Positions 10,147 through 17,585 of a stretch of DNA of 24,330 nt are shown here, in pieces. The notes beneath the pieces were generated by a model, which did not search any database, was not told the DNA's origin, and worked only from the letters and a program-made list of their open reading frames with translations. This DNA is from a virus. Each line of letters begins with the position of its first letter. Position 1 is the first letter of the stretch. The DNA lies in UHGV virus genome UHGV-0242784, one strand, 5' to 3'. Both the position numbers and the translations under genes were made by a program.

Positions 10147-10796
10147 GCCGCCATCTCCCTGACCAGTTTTTCCGCCTGCTGGCGAACCTGCGCCAGAAAC
10201 GCCTCACCACATGCCTCAAGTTCATCGCGCCCGATGTAGCTGATTGCCGGTCCCTTCCAGGTCTTGTCGAAAACAGCAATAGCACCAGCGAAGAAAGCGC
10301 CTGTCGGCACCTGCTTCTCATCTTTCGGGATAAACCAGGCAGGCAGTTCAAAACCAATACGCCCGCGAATAAAAGCAATATGATCTGCATCTTCCGGCCA
10401 CCACACTTCGCTGGTGGCAGCTTTGATCAGGAAAACATAGCGCCCGCCTTTATCACGCATGGCACTGGCATGTTTCATGATGTAACGCATGCCGGTGATG
10501 TATTGCCCCTCATGCTGACTGGCGCGGCTGTATGGGGGATTACCAAAGGCAGCACCTTTAAGCTCCGCAAGACGTTCTGACCAGTCATGCGCCAGCGCGT
10601 TGTCTTCCGCCGTGTAATACGCGGCACATTTGGCGTTATCACCATCGGTAAACAGATCCAGAACAAACGGGCCAAACAGGGTGTTAATCCCCCAGAAAAT
10701 GTTATCCGGCGTGCGCCACTGATCGCCCACTTCCTTCAGTTCATGGGCTGGTTTGTTCCGCAGTTCCACCAGTGCCTGACAATATTTATTACTCAT
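10143..10796 (-). CDS. Phage Dam-family N6-adenine DNA methyltransferase
   Basis: Motif GNPPYS (NPPY catalytic motif IV); start placed at Met12, which overlaps the upstream stop as TAATG; the ORF could instead start at 10829. Confidence 0.75.
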   Translation of the reverse strand: MSNKYCQALVELRNKPAHELKEVGDQWRTPDNIFWGINTLFGPFVLDLFTDGDNAKCAAYYTAEDNALAHDWSERLAELKGAAFGNPPYSRASQHEGQYITGMRYIMKHASAMRDKGGRYVFLIKAATSEVWWPEDADHIAFIRGRIGFELPAWFIPKDEKQVPTGAFFAGAIAVFDKTWKGPAISYIGRDELEACGEAFLAQVRQQAEKLVREMAA

Positions 10797-11290
10797 TAAG
10801 CCCCCACGTAATTCCCTGACAGATACCACTCTTCACCCGATGCAGCGCGCTTGCTGCTTTTCCGTAAGCACCGCTCACGACGCGCCAGAAAATTGTTTCG
10901 TTCTGGCTGGGAGTGGCTTTCACGGAATGCCGCCATCCACACGGTTGCAGCACGACGAAATAAGCCCCTGGACTCCAGTTCTTCAGCCTGGCGGGTCAGG
11001 CACAAAATCACCCGGGGATCGTTAGTGCCGACATAGAAATTGCGCACAGGTCTGGTTTCACGAACTGGTTGTGGTTCCGGCTCCTGCGCTCTCTCAGTCA
11101 GGCGCGGGAAATGTCTGCGTGTATCTCCTTCACAACGGTGAGCCACACGCCCGCTCTGACGTAACTTGCTTGCTGACTGCAGTACGCGCTGCCGTGAGTA
11201 ACCTGCAAAAGCATCCGCAATGTCTCCGGAAGTACACCCCGGATGGGCTTCAATGAATTTCTGAACGTCATTCAAAAGACTCATGCTCAC
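10796..11290 (-). CDS. Hypothetical protein (164 aa), basic C-terminal half
   Basis: ORF coupled to flanking genes by ATGA/TAATG overlaps; family not recognised. Confidence 0.55.
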   Translation of the reverse strand: MSMSLLNDVQKFIEAHPGCTSGDIADAFAGYSRQRVLQSASKLRQSGRVAHRCEGDTRRHFPRLTERAQEPEPQPVRETRPVRNFYVGTNDPRVILCLTRQAEELESRGLFRRAATVWMAAFRESHSQPERNNFLARRERCLRKSSKRAASGEEWYLSGNYVGA

Positions 11291-12228
11291 CCCCTGAATC
11301 CTGCCGGGATCTGGCTGTAGTCCACATTGTCGTAACTGGCTTTGAAGTACGGGTCTTCGCGTTTTTCTGTGTACGTGCTGATGGACGGCGATAAGCGCAG
11401 GGAAAGCTCATCCCATTTTTCCCGCAGCTTCGACGGGCTGAGCACGTTACGGCACCAGAACGGATCGCGGCTGATGCGGCTGTACATCTCGCAGATTTGT
11501 TTGTGAGTACGACCATCCTGCACACACATCAGGCGAATTTCGTTTGCCCAGGCTGTCCAGTTCGGTTCTTTGGGACGAACCACCTCGCCGTCACATTCGG
11601 CGGCCTGCTCGTACAGGGCGATGATTTTTTTCCAGAGCCACTGTGCGCAGGTCAAATCATCCTGCGTTCCCCACTGGCACTTTTTAGGGCTGAATACAAC
11701 CGCATCAGGATGGCGAGTTAAAAAATCCTGTTCAGCCGTCTGCGTGTCCGGTTGCGAAACGTCCGGACGAGAAGGTTTTTTATCTGACGGATCATATTTT
11801 GATTTTACTGACGGATCCCCGCCAGATTCTGACGGGTGAAAACCCGCTTTTTTGCCAGATTTCGACGCATCAAATTTTGACGGGTCAGATTTTGATGCGT
11901 CAGATTTTGACGGGTCAGAATCTGACAGTTGAGAAAATGCCGCGGCCTGAAGCTTCGCAACGTTAAGCTGATAAACATTCGACGCATTACGGTTACCCTG
12001 GCGACGCGCCTTACGCGTTAACCAGCCTTCTGCTTCCAGCCGTGCAATAGCCGTTCTGACGGTACTCATCCCCGCGCCAATCTGGCGGGCAATGGTTTCA
12101 ATCGATGGCCAGCACACACCTTCGTCATTACTGAAATCAGCCAGGCGGGCCATAATTGCCACACTGGATAATTTCATGCCTGACGCTGCGCAACCATCCC
12201 ATACATAGCCGGTTAATTTAGTGCTCAT
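11287..12228 (-). CDS. Replication initiation protein (N-terminal HTH; internal iteron-encoded SDPSK repeats)
   Basis: N-terminus (LSSVAIMARLADFSNDEGVCWPSIETIARQIGAGMSTVRTAIARLEAEGWL) resembles the HTH of phage/plasmid initiators; mid-protein repeat SDPSKSDASKSDPSKFDASKS is encoded by tandem DNA repeats. Confidence 0.75.
   Translation of the reverse strand: MSTKLTGYVWDGCAASGMKLSSVAIMARLADFSNDEGVCWPSIETIARQIGAGMSTVRTAIARLEAEGWLTRKARRQGNRNASNVYQLNVAKLQAAAFSQLSDSDPSKSDASKSDPSKFDASKSGKKAGFHPSESGGDPSVKSKYDPSDKKPSRPDVSQPDTQTAEQDFLTRHPDAVVFSPKKCQWGTQDDLTCAQWLWKKIIALYEQAAECDGEVVRPKEPNWTAWANEIRLMCVQDGRTHKQICEMYSRISRDPFWCRNVLSPSKLREKWDELSLRLSPSISTYTEKREDPYFKASYDNVDYSQIPAGFRG
11776..11930. repeat. Putative origin iterons: five tandem 15-bp repeats (consensus CAGATTTTGACGGGT, 11856-11930) plus related copies at 11784-11837, inside the replication gene
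   Basis: Direct reading: cagatttcgacgcat / caaattttgacgggt / cagattttgatgcgt / cagattttgacgggt / cagaatctgacagtt; arrangement analogous to ori-lambda inside gene O. Confidence 0.6.
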
Positions 12229-12237
12229 GACCGACCT

Positions 12238-12576
12238 CTATTTCCCTGAATTTACGACGAAACTGTTCGAGCGGGCTGAAGCACTCATGCTCATAGCCTT
12301 CGCGGAGGTAGATAACCCGTTGTGTTTCCGGTTCCCAACGAATGACTCTGACGGGTACTCCGTAGTGATCTTTGAACCAGCGGTTAACTTGTCGCAAAGG
12401 ACTGTCTCCTTCTGCCGGTTGAAATCACCCACAGCCCACTCAGCAAAGCTGTGGGTTACAATTTCCCTGTCACCTGGTACATTTACTGCATAGCAATACT
12501 CCACCTTCGCTTTTCCACCCGGTACAGGAAGCGCAATCAGTTGCGAGCGACGGTAGTGTGTTGTTAAACTGTTCAT
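12238..12576 (-). CDS. Hypothetical protein (112 aa)
   Basis: Start ATG overlaps the upstream stop (ATGA) and the ORF ends 10 nt before the replication gene, consistent with an operon; the overlapping plus-strand ORF 12221-12493 is rejected. Confidence 0.4.
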   Translation of the reverse strand: MNSLTTHYRRSQLIALPVPGGKAKVEYCYAVNVPGDREIVTHSFAEWAVGDFNRQKETVLCDKLTAGSKITTEYPSESFVGNRKHNGLSTSAKAMSMSASARSNSFVVNSGK

Positions 12577-13244
12577 GCGTTAGTTTCTCCACAACCAGAA
12601 GCAATCGACGCCACGACGCCCGGAGCTGCACACTCGCGGGCGTCATTACTTTCTGAAACGCAAAAAATTTTGTAGACAAGTGCTGCATGCTCCTGCAGCT
12701 TCGAAATTGAGAGGTACAGCTCGTCGTTAATTGCTGTCTTCTCATGCGGTTCCACTACACCGTCTTCGATTGCCGAACGAATCTGTTTTGAATAACTGCC
12801 GATCTGTTCAATGACTTCCAGTAAACGCTGGTTAATATCGGCATTGTCCACATCCTCGACGTCAGGAAGAGACACAAAGACGCCATTTGCAGACTGCGCC
12901 ACAGCGTCAGCAATGAAGTGAGTGCCACCAGCACGTTGTAAAATCATTGCCCATCCCAGCGGGAAAATCTGATCGCCATCGGCACGAAGGCGGTTAAATA
13001 ATGCGTTCTCTGTTACATCCAGCCAGTCAGCTGCTTCAGCGTAACCACCCGGCAACGCTGCGATAGTTTTTCTGACAGCTTTCACGTACCACTCAGGCTG
13101 TTTTTCTACTTTCCAGTGATACTTACCCACGGTTAGCCTCATCGTTCTGTGGTTTCTGTTAATCGATTTATCCATTAGATTTTTCATAAAGCTCAGGTTT
13201 AAATGGCAACCGTCCGCAAGTTCTATATGCTGCTTCTGCTGCAC
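12573..13244 (-). CDS. YdaT-like protein in the cII position (start uncertain; ORF overlaps the cro-like gene by 77 nt if 13244 is used)
   Basis: ORF track; N-terminus [12 protein letters not shown] resembles my recollection of Rac YdaT; alternative starts at 13187, 13175 or 13142. Confidence 0.5.
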   Translation of the reverse strand: MQQKQHIELADGCHLNLSFMKNLMDKSINRNHRTMRLTVGKYHWKVEKQPEWYVKAVRKTIAALPGGYAEAADWLDVTENALFNRLRADGDQIFPLGWAMILQRAGGTHFIADAVAQSANGVFVSLPDVEDVDNADINQRLLEVIEQIGSYSKQIRSAIEDGVVEPHEKTAINDELYLSISKLQEHAALVYKIFCVSESNDARECAAPGVVASIASGCGETNA

Positions 13245-13368
13245 GTCCTTTTGGAATTAACTGGCCCGGACGGTTTCGCCACTGATAAACGGCCTCAGTT
13301 GTTATGCCGAAAAAAGCAGCAACTTTCTCAATACTGCCGAAGTAGCTTTCGATATCGTCAGTTGTCAT
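13168..13368 (-). CDS. Cro/YdaS-like HTH regulator (66 aa), divergent from cI
   Basis: HTH-like segment IEKVAAFFGITTEAVYQWRN; SD GGAGGG 5 nt upstream of the ATG; divergent arrangement with the repressor gene. Confidence 0.65.
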   Translation of the reverse strand: MTTDDIESYFGSIEKVAAFFGITTEAVYQWRNRPGQLIPKGRAAEAAYRTCGRLPFKPELYEKSNG

Positions 13369-13377
13369 ACGCCCTCC

Positions 13378-13445
13378 AAAACTAAGTTTTATTAGATGTT
13401 AATTATCAATCTATCTTAGGTCAATAAAAACTAAGATTACTTAGT
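13378..13445. promoter_or_regulatory. Immunity-region operators and PR-like promoter: O1 AAAACTAAGTTTT (13378-13390), O2 ACTAAGATTACTTAGT (13430-13445), PR -10 TAACAT / -35 TTGACC on minus strand (13396-13424)
   Basis: Palindromes and hexamers read directly in the 98-bp cI/cro-like intergenic region; both operators share the ACTAAG half-site. Confidence 0.6.
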
Positions 13446-13466
13446 AATTTAAGAAATGGTGCTCCT

Positions 13467-14093
13467 ATGGAAACGGTTGGTCAGCGTATAAAAGCTCTGA
13501 GAAGGGTTACCAGAACGTCCCAGAAAGAATTGGGTAAATTTTGTGGGGTAAGTGACGTTGCTGTGGGGTACTGGGAAAAAGACATCAATGTCCCTGGCGG
13601 GGAAGCACTTTCGAAATTAGCGAAGTTCTTTAATACGTCAATAGATTACATTCTTTATGGTGCTGAGTTTGAAGGCAAACTAGTCACAAACATGCGCAGA
13701 GTTCCTGTAATTTCGTGGGTTCAGGCTGGGCAGTTTACTGAGTGCAGGGCAGCAGAAGTGTTTAGTGAAGTGGACAAGTGGGTAGATACATCTTTAAAGA
13801 TTGGTGATAACTCATTTGCATTAGAAGTTAAAGGCGACTCCATGACTAATCCTAATGGCCTCCCAACAATACCAGAAGGTGCAACAGTGATTGTAGATCC
13901 TGATGCAGAACCTCGTCATGGAAAAATAGTCATTGCTCGACTTGATGGAACGAACGAAGCTACAGTAAAAAAATTAGTCATCGATGGTCCTCAAAAGTTT
14001 TTAGTGCCATTAAATCCACGGTATCCCAACATCCCAATCAATGGTAATTGCCTGATCATTGGTGTAGTCAAAGGAGTTCAATACGAACTCTAG
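13467..14093 (+). CDS. cI: CI-type prophage repressor (HTH-XRE N-domain + S24 LexA-like autopeptidase C-domain)
   Basis: N-terminal HTH (QKELGKFCGVSDVAVGYWE), linker, C-terminal S24 domain with GDSM serine motif (EVKGDSMTNP) and a downstream Lys (KKLV); divergent from the cro-like gene. Confidence 0.9.
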   Translation: METVGQRIKALRRVTRTSQKELGKFCGVSDVAVGYWEKDINVPGGEALSKLAKFFNTSIDYILYGAEFEGKLVTNMRRVPVISWVQAGQFTECRAAEVFSEVDKWVDTSLKIGDNSFALEVKGDSMTNPNGLPTIPEGATVIVDPDAEPRHGKIVIARLDGTNEATVKKLVIDGPQKFLVPLNPRYPNIPINGNCLIIGVVKGVQYEL

Positions 14094-14115
14094 TACCTCC
14101 CTTCTCTAACCAAGG

Positions 14116-14150
14116 CACCAAACTAAGAAAAGTTTGGTGTTTCCTCTTGC
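14116..14150 (+). terminator. Hairpin after cI (CACCAAACT-AAGAAA-AGTTTGGTG) with T-rich tail; terminator or operator-like palindrome
   Basis: Perfect 9-bp inverted repeat 23 nt after the cI stop; the arms contain the operator-like AAACT/AGTTT sequence. Confidence 0.45.
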
Positions 14151-14154
14151 CTTA

Positions 14155-14167
14155 AAAACTAAGTTAA
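14155..14167. promoter_or_regulatory. Third operator-like site AAAACTAAGTTAA (11/13 match to O1) inside a candidate promoter TTGCCT-N17-TAGATT (14147-14175, plus strand)
   Basis: Direct sequence comparison with O1; candidate OL/PL equivalent. Confidence 0.4.
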
Positions 14168-14256
14168 GTTAGATTTAATATCAAAGATAACGAACAGGCA
14201 GGACGCCCACAAAGTAGCCTCCTGGGGCAAATGAAGTCCAGGATGATTCGTTAGCA

Positions 14257-14282
14257 ACAAAAAAGCGCCCTATAGGACGCTT
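14257..14282 (-). terminator. Rho-independent terminator for the 173-aa gene (GCGUCC-UAUA-GGGCGC with one G-U pair, then UUUUUU on minus strand)
   Basis: Stem-loop at 14265-14282 with a U-tract (complement of AAAAAA 14259-14264), 40-60 nt downstream of the stop at 14324. Confidence 0.55.
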
Positions 14283-14323
14283 CGATCTTTAACAATCTGG
14301 GTATCATCCAACCAATGCAAGAT

Positions 14324-14845
14324 TTAAGGAATCCAAGGCGAATTCAGATCTCGCCCCGACTCACGTAATGATCTTGGTCGTTCGTACATCGGATTTTTTT
14401 CCATAAGAAATTTATTTTCACAGTGAAGGCAACGGCTTGTAAGAAAATGAGAAGTTTTACCTACTGGAAGCGGATGAAGTATCGATTTTATATTTTTGGA
14501 ATAACAAAGTGGGCACAGATGCACAGTTATTTCTTTTCCACTCACAATTTCATTTTTAGAGTAAACAAAAGCACCAGAGTCAAGCTGATCAAGGACATAT
14601 CCTTCTACCTTGGCACAAAAATCTTCAAACTCTGCAATTTTTGCTTTGAGATGCATCACCTCTTCATCACGAAGGCGGATCGCATCGCCAAGAGAGAAGC
14701 ATTCTGCCTGAAGCGTGATTAGTTTGTTCTGGAGTTCAATGGTTGCAGCTTTAACTTCTGCATCCGTTTTCGCGTCATTAATAACCTTAGCAAGACCGGC
14801 AGTCTCCTTTATAGCAGCCATAGCCGCAGACAGTTCAGCTATCAC
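14324..14845 (-). CDS. Hypothetical coiled-coil + zinc-ribbon protein (173 aa), lone gene convergent with cI
   Basis: ORF with apparent GTG start (alternative ATG at 14824); N-terminal heptad-like Ala/Leu/Lys/Glu-rich region; C-terminal CPLC...(x22)...CLHC; own terminator. Confidence 0.6.
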   Translation of the reverse strand: MIAELSAAMAAIKETAGLAKVINDAKTDAEVKAATIELQNKLITLQAECFSLGDAIRLRDEEVMHLKAKIAEFEDFCAKVEGYVLDQLDSGAFVYSKNEIVSGKEITVHLCPLCYSKNIKSILHPLPVGKTSHFLTSRCLHCENKFLMEKNPMYERPRSLRESGRDLNSPWIP

Positions 14846-15131
14846 GTTGAATACTCAGCTAGTTGTTGGGGGTATCCAGATTAACCAAATCCTTGTTGTT
14901 GGGGAATAACCAGGTCCACCTCGCCTGATGTGGCTAAAAGCAGGCACATAACAGCTAAGTATTTTCAACCAGAGAGAATCCTTAGCGTTGTGGTGAATGC
15001 GGCTCAGCGCACGCGGGTTAAGGTTGAGGCTGACAGTCGACCTTCTGTGGATACCCACCCGTCTGGTGTGCAACCTTCGCCAGGCACCGGGAGGCACCCG
15101 GCACCACAACTTTATGCTGTGTGTAGTCCTG

Positions 15132-15176
15132 GCGGTACCAGTTTGTACCCTTGCTTCCGGCTGGTACCGTCCTTTT
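15132..15176 (+). terminator. Terminator-like hairpin (CGGTACCAG ... CTGGTACCG, 19-nt loop) followed by TCCTTTTT
   Basis: Perfect 9-bp inverted repeat followed by a T-tract; inside the non-coding leader of the accessory operon. Confidence 0.5.
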
Positions 15177-15265
15177 TACAAAACAGAGAAGAGCATCACC
15201 GGACGACGGGCTCATAACCCAATCCATCCGGGCGGCTGCCACCGCAGGTGTTCTTCTCTGTTTTG
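15177..15265. repeat. Perfect 15-bp inverted repeat (ACAAAACAGAGAAGA / TCTTCTCTGTTTTGT) enclosing 59 nt with internal GC-rich hairpins: candidate structured RNA element
   Basis: Arms at 15177-15191 and 15251-15265 are exact reverse complements; the enclosed segment has further local pairing (GCGG-CTGCCA-CCGC). Confidence 0.6.
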
Positions 15266-15314
15266 TGGAGAAACTAATCGGCCTTGCAGGGTCGATATGA
15301 TGAGGAGCAGCAAA

Positions 15315-15677
15315 ATGGCTAGCGAACGCAGTACTGATGTGCAGGCATTTATCGGGGAGCTGGACGGCGGCGTATTTGAAACCAAAATCGGCGCAGTTCT
15401 CAGTGAAGTCGCTTCCGGTGTGATGAACACGAAAACCAAAGGTAAGGTCTCGCTCAACCTGGAAATCGAACCATTTGATGAGAACCGTGTGAAAATCAAA
15501 CACAAACTCTCATATGTTCGCCCGACTAACCGCGGGAAAATTTCCGAAGAAGACACCACCGAAACGCCGATGTATGTCAATCGCGGTGGTCGCCTGACTA
15601 TTCTGCAGGAAGACCAGGGACAATTACTGACTCTTGCCGGTGAGCCTGACGGAAAATTACGCGCAGCAGGTCATTAA
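15315..15677 (+). CDS. YfdP-like hypothetical protein (120 aa)
   Basis: ATG at 15315 with SD AGGAG 7 nt upstream; the N-terminal extension in the ORF track (from 14997) is rejected; size and order match the CPS-53 yfdP-yfdQ-yfdR-yfdS cluster as I recall it. Confidence 0.6.
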   Translation: MASERSTDVQAFIGELDGGVFETKIGAVLSEVASGVMNTKTKGKVSLNLEIEPFDENRVKIKHKLSYVRPTNRGKISEEDTTETPMYVNRGGRLTILQEDQGQLLTLAGEPDGKLRAAGH

Positions 15678-15742
15678 TATCGTTCTTAATTAACTGATTA
15701 TTTATCTCATCACTGAATATCTTTATATAGTGAGGACTTATT

Positions 15743-16567
15743 ATGTCTCAGAACTTAGACGCAACCGCAATTAATCAAATCCATGCCCTTATTTCTGCTC
15801 AGGGTGTTAATGAAATTATCAGTAAGATTGGTGCCGATGCTGTGGCATTGCCTGAGAATTTCCGCATTCATGATCTGGAAAAATTTAATTTAAATCGCTT
15901 CCGTTTCCGTGGTGCGCTTTCCACTGCCAGCATCGATGACTTTACCCGTTATTCTAAAGATCTTGCAGATGAAGGCACCCGCTGCTTTATCGATGCCGAT
16001 AATATGCGAGCCGTCAGTGTGCTTAACCTGGGTACTATTGGTGAACCAGGTCACGCAGATAACACCGCCACACTCAAACTGAAAAAGACAGCACCGTTCT
16101 CTGCTCTGTTGTCTGTTAATGGCGAGCGTAACTCCCAGAAGTCACTGGCAGAATGGATTGAAGACTGGGCCGACTACCTTGTGGGCTTTGATGCTAATGG
16201 TGACGCTATTCAGGCAACAAAAGCGGCTGCGGCGGTCCGAAAAATCACGATTGAAGCAAACCAGACCGCTGATTTTGAAGATAATGACTTCAGCGGCAAA
16301 CGCTCCCTGATGGAGTCTGTCGAAGCGAAGACCAAAGATATTATGCCAGTGGCATTTGAATTTAAATGCGTTCCGTTTGAAGGTCTGAAAGAACGTCCAT
16401 TTAAATTACGCCTCAGCATTATCACTGGCGATCGTCCTGTACTGGTTCTGCGCATTATTCAGCTGGAAGCAGTGCAGGAAGAAATGGCTAACGAATTTCG
16501 TGATCTGCTTGTTGAGAAATTCAAAGACAGCAAAGTAGAAACCTTTATTGGTACTTTCACCGCCTGA
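15743..16567 (+). CDS. YfdQ-like protein (DUF2303 family, 274 aa)
   Basis: ORF with SD GAGGA; length and N-terminus consistent with my recollection of E. coli YfdQ. Confidence 0.7.
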   Translation: MSQNLDATAINQIHALISAQGVNEIISKIGADAVALPENFRIHDLEKFNLNRFRFRGALSTASIDDFTRYSKDLADEGTRCFIDADNMRAVSVLNLGTIGEPGHADNTATLKLKKTAPFSALLSVNGERNSQKSLAEWIEDWADYLVGFDANGDAIQATKAAAAVRKITIEANQTADFEDNDFSGKRSLMESVEAKTKDIMPVAFEFKCVPFEGLKERPFKLRLSIITGDRPVLVLRIIQLEAVQEEMANEFRDLLVEKFKDSKVETFIGTFTA

Positions 16568-16695
16568 TTTCATTACTGCAAATGCCCCTGCGGGGGCATT
16601 TATGGAAACGTAATTAACTCAATAATCGCCGGATGGTGAGGGCTTCCTTTTACCCGAATTCAGCGCGGTGCAGCGCATATAACGTGGAGAACAAA

Positions 16696-17232
16696 ATGTC
16701 ATTTATTAAAACTTTTTCCGGGAAGCATTTTTATTATGACAGGATAAATAAAGACAACATCGATATTAACGATATCGCGGTTTCCCTTTCAAATATCTGT
16801 CGCTTTGCTGGTCATCTTTCACACTTCTACAGCGTTGCCCAACATGCGGTGCTTTGCAGCCAGCTGGTACCGGAGGAGTTTGCTTTTGAAGCGTTAATGC
16901 ATGATGCAACAGAAGCGTATTGCCAGGACATCCCCGCACCACTGAAACGCCTTCTTCCTGACTATAAACGGATGGAAGAAAAAATAGATGCCGTAATCCG
17001 TGAGAAATACGGGTTACCCCCAGTTATGAGTACGCCCGTGAAATATGCCGATCTTATCATGCTGGCAACCGAACGCCGCGATCTCGGGCTTGATGATGGC
17101 TCTTTCTGGCCTGTACTGGAAGGCATCCCGGCAACAGAGATGTTCAACGTGATTCCACTGGCACCTGGCCATGCCTACGGGATGTTTATGGAACGTTTTA
17201 ACGAGTTATCGGAGTTACGCAAATGCGCATGA
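16696..17232 (+). CDS. yfdR: HD-domain phosphohydrolase, YfdR-like (5'-deoxynucleotidase family, 178 aa)
   Basis: HD-domain metal ligands visible (GHLSH ... MHDATE ... D); SD GGAGA 5 nt upstream of ATG 16696; the ORF track's upstream extension is rejected. Confidence 0.7.
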   Translation: MSFIKTFSGKHFYYDRINKDNIDINDIAVSLSNICRFAGHLSHFYSVAQHAVLCSQLVPEEFAFEALMHDATEAYCQDIPAPLKRLLPDYKRMEEKIDAVIREKYGLPPVMSTPVKYADLIMLATERRDLGLDDGSFWPVLEGIPATEMFNVIPLAPGHAYGMFMERFNELSELRKCA

Positions 17233-17585
17233 ATGTTTTCGAAATGGAAGGGTTTCTTCGCGGGAAATGTGTACCGCGAGATCTGAAAGTGAACGAAACA
17301 AATGCTGAGTACCTGGTACGTAAATTCGACGCGCTTGAAGCTAAATGTGCGGCACTGGAAAACAAAATAATACCAGTGTCAGCTGAACTGCCACCAGCAA
17401 ATGAAAGTGTTCTGTTATTTGATGCTAACGGAGAAGGCTGGCTGATTGGCTGGCGTTCTCTCTGGTACACCTGGGGACAAAAAGAAACCGGAGAATGGCA
17501 GTGGACATTTCAGGTCGGGGACCTTGAAAACTTCAATATCACTCACTGGGCAGTAATGCCCAAAGCGCCGGAGGCTGGAGCATAA
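17223..17585 (+). CDS. YfdS-like hypothetical protein (120 aa)
   Basis: ORF overlapping the previous gene's end; Trp-rich C-terminus; size and order as in the yfd cluster. Confidence 0.6.
   Translation: MRMNVFEMEGFLRGKCVPRDLKVNETNAEYLVRKFDALEAKCAALENKIIPVSAELPPANESVLLFDANGEGWLIGWRSLWYTWGQKETGEWQWTFQVGDLENFNITHWAVMPKAPEAGA

Noticed and set aside
9878-10580. ORFs 9878-10390 (minus, 170 aa) and 9999-10580 (plus, 193 aa) overlapping the LexA-DBD and methyltransferase genes
   Set aside because: Alternative frame or antisense to genes with recognisable motifs; Arg/Ser-rich low-complexity translations typical of GC-rich off-frame artefacts.
12221-12493. Plus-strand 90-aa ORF overlapping the start of the replication gene
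   Set aside because: Antisense to an operon whose minus-strand ORF has ATGA coupling to its neighbour; the protein-like character degrades in its C-terminal half. Low certainty either way.
14094-15314. Lambda N-like antiterminator gene on the rightward early transcript
   Set aside because: No small Arg-rich ORF with an SD is present between cI and the accessory operon; the only gene there is on the opposite strand.
14997-15677. 226-aa ORF-track call extending the yfdP-like gene upstream to 14997
   Set aside because: The N-terminal 106 residues are Cys/Arg/Leu-rich and overlap strong inverted repeats and other-frame ORFs; a good SD precedes the internal ATG at 15315, giving a 120-aa protein.
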